Positions 57,702-64,000 of a stretch of DNA of 64,000 nt are shown here, piece by piece; position 1 is the first letter of the stretch, and each line of letters begins with the position of its first letter. The stretch covers positions 5,284 through 69,283 of the forward strand of contig DUBF01000166.1 in NCBI GenBank assembly GCA_012960465.1, read 5' to 3'. Position numbers and translations under genes: made by a program. The DNA is from Rhodospirillales bacterium. Its GTDB lineage: Bacteria > Pseudomonadota > Alphaproteobacteria > Rhodospirillales > UBA2165. The notes beneath the pieces were generated by a model, which saw only the letters and a list, made by a program, of their open reading frames with translations, had not been told where the DNA came from and made no database searches.

Positions 57702-59017
57702 GTGTCGGGGCTCATCCAATGACGCCAGGCCTTGGATTGCGTGCGTAATGGCAACTCGCTAGACGTCGTTGACTGCAATGCGTTGCCATTTTTTTGATCT
57801 GTCTTTATTCCACGACGACTATCGAGCCTATCTAAGCTACCTGTCTCCAGGCCGGCTTGTACCCGCCCAAAAATTTCCAAGTCATCTGAAAAAATCATAG
57901 ACGCTGGAGAAACTAGCGTGCCTAAGAATCGAACGGCCCGGTAAAATATTTCATCTGGTGCGCCCTTAAGGCGGAAGCAATAACCCTTGATAATAGTTTC
58001 ATTAACGGCAACAGGGTACACGACGCGGATCTGATGAAACTGAGCATTCACGTTTAAATTAGGCCAGACTAAATTATTAAACCTATCCATACCTAGAATT
58101 TTTGCTGCTTTTTCTTTACCGTGGGAAGCTTCCAATGCCTCCCTGTAAGTTTCAATTGCGGCATCCGACTGCTGAGGCGCAAGCAGTCCCGACTTGTAAA
58201 AGCCTCCCATAAAAGAGTGTCCTTGCGGCAAACCATTAAGCTCGATCGCATTCCAGTCCTTGGCTGTTAATCCATTGGACGCCATCATGCCTTTAGTTTG
58301 GCCTCGGTCCACTAATTCATCTTGTGGGGTGACACCACCTTCAGCCTGGCGGGCTGAGGTCACTGAAGATTCGTGGACGTAGCCAGGATGAACCGTATCA
58401 TTAGCGTTCTCATGATGCAGCTTCCAATTTCCATGATAGCGAACCGAAAAGTGTCCGCCCTCCATAACAATTTCCCCGTCTGGCGAACGGTCAAGTAGAT
58501 TGTCGATGGCTTCTGTCATACGTCCCAGAAAATCGTACAAGTTAGGTCCGGCAGTTGCCTTGCTCGCGAAGATAAATCCGCGATAAGATTCTACTCGTGC
58601 AGCCGATATTAAATGCAAAGCCTTATCCTTAATATCAAATGATCCAGGATAGCTTTCAATATCAGGGACTGCTTTCAACACACCATCAAGAGCAAAGCCC
58701 CAGGCATGATAAGGACAGACAAAGGATTTTGTGTTGCCCTGGGCAACAGCGCAGAGGCGCGTGCCACGGTGGGTGCAGTTGTTCGAAAGCACGCGGAGCG
58801 AGCTATCAGGCTGTCGCACTAGAAGTATTTCATCAACGCCCATTCGAGTACGTATAAAGTCGCCAGAGTTTGGTACTTGACTATCATGGCCTATAAAAAT
58901 CCAAGCGCGACGAAAAATTTGATCCATCTCGAGTTCAAAAATGTCAGGGTCCGTATAGGCCCTAGCCTGCATTCCATCCACGCCGGCAATGTTATTTATC
59001 TCATCGATCGTAAGCAT
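57698..59017 (-). CDS. Rieske non-heme-iron oxygenase alpha subunit
   Basis: Rieske CTHRGTRLC...CPYHAW. Mononuclear iron site NANDTVHPGYVH. 439 aa. Confidence 0.9.
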   Translation of the reverse strand: MLTIDEINNIAGVDGMQARAYTDPDIFELEMDQIFRRAWIFIGHDSQVPNSGDFIRTRMGVDEILLVRQPDSSLRVLSNNCTHRGTRLCAVAQGNTKSFVCPYHAWGFALDGVLKAVPDIESYPGSFDIKDKALHLISAARVESYRGFIFASKATAGPNLYDFLGRMTEAIDNLLDRSPDGEIVMEGGHFSVRYHGNWKLHHENANDTVHPGYVHESSVTSARQAEGGVTPQDELVDRGQTKGMMASNGLTAKDWNAIELNGLPQGHSFMGGFYKSGLLAPQQSDAAIETYREALEASHGKEKAAKILGMDRFNNLVWPNLNVNAQFHQIRVVYPVAVNETIIKGYCFRLKGAPDEIFYRAVRFLGTLVSPASMIFSDDLEIFGRVQAGLETGSLDRLDSRRGIKTDQKNGNALQSTTSSELPLRTQSKAWRHWMSPDT

Positions 59018-59231
59018 CGATAAAGTATAAATTTGCTTTCTCTCAGGTCAAGCCATATGAGTGGATTGAAGCCTATGCCTAAACTTTCAAGATCTTTGTA
59101 TTGCAATGAAAAGAATTTAATAAAGCTCCTCGTTAAAAACCTTTTTATCATAGGAATTTTAAATACCATAAGTAATCAAATTTTTTGTTGTCTATTACGT
59201 CTCATAAGACAGATTATTTGTAGTGATACAC

Positions 59232-60119
59232 CTATAATGACATTTGTCTCAGTGCAGCTTTTACTAATTCGCTATCCGCCCGTCCAAATTCATTAGTCAC
59301 ATCAAAATGATTTAAGCCTTCTAGTTTTATGGTCTGACAAGAATTACCGGCAGCTTGCCAAGCATCTGCATATGCTTGCCCTTGCCGTTGAAACTCATCT
59401 AACTCACCATCACCCCAACAGATAACAATCTCAGACCCTGTTTCAGGAATGTGTTTTAAAGGATTATTCCGATCTGTTTCCTCTTGATTGAGATTTAAGT
59501 AATCATTCCTGGCGCTTAACCGAACTGGCTCAAGGTCATACGGACCGCTGGCTAAAACCGCACCTTTGATAATATTTTCTGGCAACCCAAACTTCTTTTG
59601 CCAGTCTTCTGATAATAAATTTGCCGCTAGATGCGCGCCCGAAGATGCTCCCGATATAAATATTTTTTCGGGGTCTCCATTAAAAGAAGCTGCATTTCGC
59701 CACACCCATTTTATACCGGCGCGTATTTGGTCAACAATTTCACTGATTGAGTACTCAGGTACCAGACCAAAATTTAATGGAATAAAAGTTGCTCCAGCTG
59801 AAACAAAATGTGGGGCAGGATAACAAGCATGTTCTTTACTAAGCTGGCGCCATGCACCACCATGAATGTGAACATGAATGGGGGATTTTTTATTTACCGC
59901 TGGGAATATATCGAGTATCTCTACTTTTTCAGAACCATAAGAAACGTCTAACGTACAAGTTAATGACTCGCACACCTCTTTTCCTGACGTGGCCCAATAC
60001 TCAAGGTAGGGTGTGATATCGGGAACCAAGGTAGCCTGATTATATTGGGCATTAAGCTCTTCCTGGGTGTAGTCTCTGTACACAAATAATTTTTTCATAT
60101 TATTACTTTCTAATATCAA
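59232..60119 (-). CDS. Alpha/beta hydrolase (fold-3 esterase / arylformamidase-like)
   Basis: Oxyanion motif HIHGGAW, nucleophile elbow ISGASSGAHLA and a C-terminal GLNHF His. 295 aa. Confidence 0.8.
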   Translation of the reverse strand: MILESNNMKKLFVYRDYTQEELNAQYNQATLVPDITPYLEYWATSGKEVCESLTCTLDVSYGSEKVEILDIFPAVNKKSPIHVHIHGGAWRQLSKEHACYPAPHFVSAGATFIPLNFGLVPEYSISEIVDQIRAGIKWVWRNAASFNGDPEKIFISGASSGAHLAANLLSEDWQKKFGLPENIIKGAVLASGPYDLEPVRLSARNDYLNLNQEETDRNNPLKHIPETGSEIVICWGDGELDEFQRQGQAYADAWQAAGNSCQTIKLEGLNHFDVTNEFGRADSELVKAALRQMSL

Positions 60120-60162
60120 AATTTCAAACTGGTGGATCAGTCTCCAGACAAGGCTATACCAT

Positions 60163-60230
60163 TACAATGGCATTGTAGAGGTCATCGGTTTGATCCCGTT
60201 CGGCTTTACCATTCTTTGCAATGACTTGAT
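60163..60230. repeat. attR-side decayed copy of the tRNA-Ala 3' half plus flank
   Basis: tacaatggcattgtagaggtcatcggtttgatcccgttcggctttaccattctttgcaatgacttgat. Compared with the functional gene, it has lost the conserved T-loop C (ttCgatc to ttTgatc) and two acceptor-stem bases (ctCCacca to ctTTacca). Confidence 0.85.
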
Positions 60231-60286
60231 ATACTGCAATTTTTTCTGAAGTAGCTTTCGTGCACTTTCGCAAGTTTGCGGGCCTC

Positions 60287-61525
60287 TTATTTTAAGCCCT
60301 GCATCTCAACAATTTGGTCGAGATAGTTTGTGTTAATATTTTGCAACCTATCATAATTAGATTTGAAAAATTTATACTTTTCTTCGTTTTCTTTCATTTC
60401 ATCCTCTAATTCAGAAATTTTCTGACGCAATTTAGGAAACAAGGAAAGCATCATCTTATATTGATCTTCCATTTCTCTAGATAATCTTAGTTGCATCGGT
60501 AATGCCGCTATAAATTCCTCATCAATATTATCAGCAATTAATTGGTTATTATTTAATTCACCAGAAATTTTACCATTAGAATATAAATTCAATGCTCGTT
60601 GAATATTGAGTTTGATAATAAAATCTGAAACGTGAATTAAATCGGCCTCCCAAGTATACTTTCTCTCCGACATCATGACACTTTCGTAAATTGGAAGGTA
60701 GTCAATATTTGTATGATTGGAACTAAAAATTTCGGCAGCGGTACGAAGGAGGCTTTTTGAATACATATTGGCAGTTATCACATCCATATCCCGAAAGGTA
60801 TTTTTCAGTGGAACTGGAGATACACTTAATATAATTTTGAAGTCACTGGCCAAGTTTCCAGCAAGTAAATCATAAATTTCTTCTAGTGAACTGAGAACCT
60901 CGGATAATTCCATTACATGAATTTCGTATCTAGCGTAATTTTTTGACTGGATCATATCCGGTGTAATACTATTGAGATATCTGCCCGTTTTTTTGTCGAA
61001 AATACATTCGATGAGGCCCAAAGTAATAACGATAATGCGGCATTTAGAAATCAAAGCCATATTATCGCGAACAAGTTTATTGGTCTCGATTACTTCATCA
61101 AGATTACCAGATCGAGGGGGATGAAGCATTGGATCGAACCATTCATCTCCTTCGCACTCAATTAAACATTCTTGAGGGTCTGGCATTTGATCTGGGCTGA
61201 GAGCCCATTTTAATCCATCTAAAATCGAAATTGGCGAGTACATATTTCTCAATTGATCTAAAGCAAATTTTTTAGGTATCTGGGAGTTGATTCTGAGGGG
61301 TATAACATCGAAACCATGATTTACCATATGGTTCTCAATATTCCGCGCAAAACAAGAACCTAATGTGAATATTTTATCATTTTGTTTAATCTCAAAGGAT
61401 GCCGTATGTGAAGGTTGGCAAATAGGCTCCAATCTATTTGTTTCGGTGCGCTGGGGCCAATTAAAGTCAGGGTTTCGTTTAATTAAAGTACGTAGCCCCT
61501 CGTAGGGGATCTTTTCTATAGACAT
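60287..61525 (-). CDS. GSCFA-domain protein with a C-terminal coiled-coil extension
   Basis: Name-giving motif FTLGSCFARNIENHM near the N-terminus. The last ~80 aa (SREMEDQYKMMLSLFPKLRQKISELEDEMKENEEKYKFFKSNYDRLQ) are coiled-coil-like. The gene is very AT-rich. Confidence 0.75.
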   Translation of the reverse strand: MSIEKIPYEGLRTLIKRNPDFNWPQRTETNRLEPICQPSHTASFEIKQNDKIFTLGSCFARNIENHMVNHGFDVIPLRINSQIPKKFALDQLRNMYSPISILDGLKWALSPDQMPDPQECLIECEGDEWFDPMLHPPRSGNLDEVIETNKLVRDNMALISKCRIIVITLGLIECIFDKKTGRYLNSITPDMIQSKNYARYEIHVMELSEVLSSLEEIYDLLAGNLASDFKIILSVSPVPLKNTFRDMDVITANMYSKSLLRTAAEIFSSNHTNIDYLPIYESVMMSERKYTWEADLIHVSDFIIKLNIQRALNLYSNGKISGELNNNQLIADNIDEEFIAALPMQLRLSREMEDQYKMMLSLFPKLRQKISELEDEMKENEEKYKFFKSNYDRLQNINTNYLDQIVEMQGLK

Positions 61526-61761
61526 TTAAACGCATCCTTAAAAAATTAGAAGTCGAGCTGAGGTAAAAATCTGAAATAAATACAAAATAAACTCTAATAC
61601 CATAAATTATTATTTTGAGTATTACCGCGTAATTTATATATTGGTTATTTTCATTACAAATAGGATTTTTACATTTTAATTCATTTTAAGCTAGGTGATT
61701 GAAGATGTTGGACAGAAATTACATTGCAAATTAATATTCTTTGGTTAGGAATAAATATAAT

Positions 61762-62811
61762 ATGTTTTTGAATAATTATTGGTATTGCGCTGCGCTACCC
61801 CATGAAGTGGGAACTAAACCCCTGCGTCGGGTGATTTGCAATGAGCCGGTAGTTTTATATCGTGACATTCAGGGAAATCCAGTCGCGTTGGAAGACAGGT
61901 GCTCGCATCGTCAGGCACCTTTGTCGACAGGAGACGTGCGGGGTAATAATATACAATGTGTTTACCACGGGTTTGTATTTGATGACGCAGGTAAATGTGT
62001 ACATATTCCTCACCAAGGCAACATTCCTAGCCGGGCCCACATCCGCGCTTATCCGGCGGAGGAAAAGTGGGGATTTGTTTGGATTTGGCGGGGCGATGCA
62101 AAAAAAGCTGACGCTTCAAAAATTTCTCACCTCCCTTGGACCACCGATGCAAAACGTAGTCCAGTTTATGTTTATTTTCATGTGAAGGCAAATCATCAAC
62201 TGGTGGCCGACAACTTATTAGATATTTCCCACGCTGATTATTTACATTCAAATACACTTGGCTCCAAATCAGGAATCATGGGAGGTCCTCAACCAGATAA
62301 AGTTGAATTTAGGACATGGCAGGAAAAAGATGAAATCCACAGTTTTAGGAAACTAACGAATGTTGAAGTGGCTAGTTTTCCCAAAAAGTGGGGTAACTTT
62401 ACGTGCAATGTGGATCGCACTAATATTCAAATGTGGGAGGCGCCAAATACGGTTCATGTTCATCTCGAATTTGAAAACCATGAGAATAAGATACTCATTA
62501 ACCATGATCATATAATGACCCCGGAAACGGAGACCACGTCCCACTATTTTATGGATTTTACCCGAAATTTTGGTATTGATGGCGACCAATATCCAACGGA
62601 TGAAGATATTTACCACGAACAACATTCTGTCATTAGCGGCGATGATTTGCCGATGGTGGAGGCTCAACAAGAAAATATTAATCTTTGTAAGGGGGTTGTT
62701 GATGTTCCGGTCAAGGCCGATAAATTGATTAGCGCGGTGCATCGACATTTAGCGGATATGTATTTGGCACAAGATATTATTGTTCCCACTTACGTCCTTG
62801 TACGACGGTAA
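61762..62811 (+). CDS. Rieske oxygenase, VanA/PaO-like single-component oxygenase subunit
   Basis: Rieske CSHRQAPLS...CVYHGFVF. Iron site ADNLLDISHADYLH (N..D..H....H). 349 aa from the ATG at 61762. Confidence 0.85.
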   Translation: MFLNNYWYCAALPHEVGTKPLRRVICNEPVVLYRDIQGNPVALEDRCSHRQAPLSTGDVRGNNIQCVYHGFVFDDAGKCVHIPHQGNIPSRAHIRAYPAEEKWGFVWIWRGDAKKADASKISHLPWTTDAKRSPVYVYFHVKANHQLVADNLLDISHADYLHSNTLGSKSGIMGGPQPDKVEFRTWQEKDEIHSFRKLTNVEVASFPKKWGNFTCNVDRTNIQMWEAPNTVHVHLEFENHENKILINHDHIMTPETETTSHYFMDFTRNFGIDGDQYPTDEDIYHEQHSVISGDDLPMVEAQQENINLCKGVVDVPVKADKLISAVHRHLADMYLAQDIIVPTYVLVRR

Positions 62812-62824
62812 TCGGAGAAACTCT

Positions 62825-63646
62825 ATGCTTGAACTTTACTACCTCGAAGAAGCCGATTCGATTTGCTCTAACCGGGCTTTGATGACATTAGCAGAGAAGG
62901 GGATTGACGATTGGGTTCCTCGAAACCTGGTGCTGTTGAACCGAGACCAATTTAAACCAGGATACCTCAAACTCAATCCCAAGGCTCAGGTGCCGACACT
63001 TGTACATGATGGCAGGATTATTCGAGAATCTTCAATTATTTGTGATTATATTGATGATTTAACACCGGACCCGGCACTCAAACCTAAAGATCTAGTTGAT
63101 AGATCCCATTTGCGAGAATGGATTAAAGACTCGGATGAATCTGGATATCAGGCCACGGCATCGCTTAATTTTGTTACTAAGTTTCGCTTAGAAATTCCTC
63201 GAGAACAGATGGAAGAACGCTGGAAAAAAGTGCCTGACATAGATCGCCTTCATCGCCAAAAATCCTGTGTATATGAAGGATTAGATTCTCCGTATGTGTT
63301 ACGAGCTATTGGCGCTTGGGAACGAACTTTTAAAAAGATGGAAGAAACCCTTTCCGATGGGCGCCCCTGGATAATGGGTGACCAATTCACCTTGGTTGAA
63401 ACCACCAATGCACCATTTATTAAGGTTCTAGAAATGTTGAGGTTATTACACTTGTGGTTGGATGGTCGGCCTAATGCTCAGCGTTGGTGGAAAAGTATAA
63501 CCAGTCGCCCAAGTTATAAATCTTTGGAAGAATATTCTGGCCAAAGCGAGGATGATGAGGCCCCTCACGCCAAAGCTGGTGCAGCTGTAGCGGATAAAAT
63601 CGAGGAGCTCCTAGGATACTATCGAGAAACTATACCGCAGCTATAA
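62825..63646 (+). CDS. Glutathione S-transferase family protein
   Basis: Thioredoxin-like N-domain (LYYLEEADSICSNRALMTLAEKGI...QVPTLVHDGRIIRESSIICDYI) plus a helical C-domain. The ATG at 62825 lies 11 nt after the stop of the preceding gene. Confidence 0.8.
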   Translation: MLELYYLEEADSICSNRALMTLAEKGIDDWVPRNLVLLNRDQFKPGYLKLNPKAQVPTLVHDGRIIRESSIICDYIDDLTPDPALKPKDLVDRSHLREWIKDSDESGYQATASLNFVTKFRLEIPREQMEERWKKVPDIDRLHRQKSCVYEGLDSPYVLRAIGAWERTFKKMEETLSDGRPWIMGDQFTLVETTNAPFIKVLEMLRLLHLWLDGRPNAQRWWKSITSRPSYKSLEEYSGQSEDDEAPHAKAGAAVADKIEELLGYYRETIPQL

Positions 63647-63726
63647 ATTAAGCAGTGGTCTAAAACGAATGATTTTTTTAACTAGAACTGTTAAAAAGTA
63701 GTATCAATAATATTTTTTTAGGTTGG

Positions 63727-64000
63727 TCATTTTATCTGTTCAGATATTCCTGATGGTAGATCATAAAGGTCGTTGGGCAGATTATTTAAATATTCGATCA
63801 CCCCATCACTTTTTACGACATCGGCATATTTTGCATGTAGATCTAGAAGAGTTATTGCGTGAGAAACATCAGAGCGATCAAAACAGCCATCTTCTATTAC
63901 ACTTACGTGAAAATTGTGACTGAATGCATCAACTGCCGTTGCCCGTATGCAACCAGACGTTGTCGTACCAGCTATAATGACCGTATCGGCTTTGAGTAAA
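63727..64000 (-). CDS. Isochorismatase-family cysteine hydrolase, 3' part (the gene continues beyond the window)
   Basis: The minus-strand frame reads LLKADTVIIAGTTTSGCIRATAVDAFSHNFHVSVIEDGCFDRS...EQIK, with the stop at 63727-63729. GTTTSGCIRAT contains the family's catalytic Cys. Confidence 0.8.
   Translation of the reverse strand, partial: LLKADTVIIAGTTTSGCIRATAVDAFSHNFHVSVIEDGCFDRSDVSHAITLLDLHAKYADVVKSDGVIEYLNNLPNDLYDLPSGISEQIK

Noticed and set aside
63723-63923. 66-aa plus-strand ORF
   Set aside because: It is antisense to the clearly recognisable isochorismatase-family frame (GTTTSGCIRAT) on the minus strand.

Overview
This 64-kb window looks like a chromosomal segment from a fairly AT-rich alphaproteobacterium. 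The assignment rests on three conserved gene orders: PEPCK next to chvI-chvG-short hprK-EIIA(Man)-HPr; ahcY-HK-tsaE-amgK-murU-addB-addA-trxA; and aroA-cmk-rpsA-sppA-ihfB-lapA-pyrF-trpFBA-folC. Most of the window (about 5.3-48.2 kb) is housekeeping core. I saw no rRNA genes, CRISPR arrays, transposases or IS elements. There are three accessory patches. (1) 0.1-5.2 kb holds a TPR/CgeB-like glycosyltransferase fusion, a same-strand trio of MORN-variant (YwqK-like) and NTF2-like small proteins, a lipoprotein and a frameshifted fasciclin pseudogene. (2) 48.4-60.2 kb is the main finding. It is an ~11.8-kb island at the 3' end of tRNA-Ala(GGC), bounded by a 68-69 nt imperfect direct repeat of the tRNA 3' half plus flank. 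Only a ~52-codon integrase stub remains. The cargo is GC-rich: a TRAP transporter, a three-subunit (FAD/2Fe-2S/Mo) xanthine-dehydrogenase-family hydroxylase that lacks the CO-dehydrogenase signature, a VOC protein plus a mandelate-racemase-subgroup enolase, a two-subunit Rieske oxygenase with no ferredoxin or reductase, and an alpha/beta hydrolase. No regulator is present. I cannot match this gene set to a described pathway, so I flag it as a candidate new organic-acid or N-heteroaromatic catabolic module. (3) 60.2-64 kb holds a GSCFA protein with a coiled-coil tail, a VanA-like Rieske oxygenase, a GST and an isochorismatase-family hydrolase. All functional calls come from reading motifs in the supplied translations. 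No database search was run.
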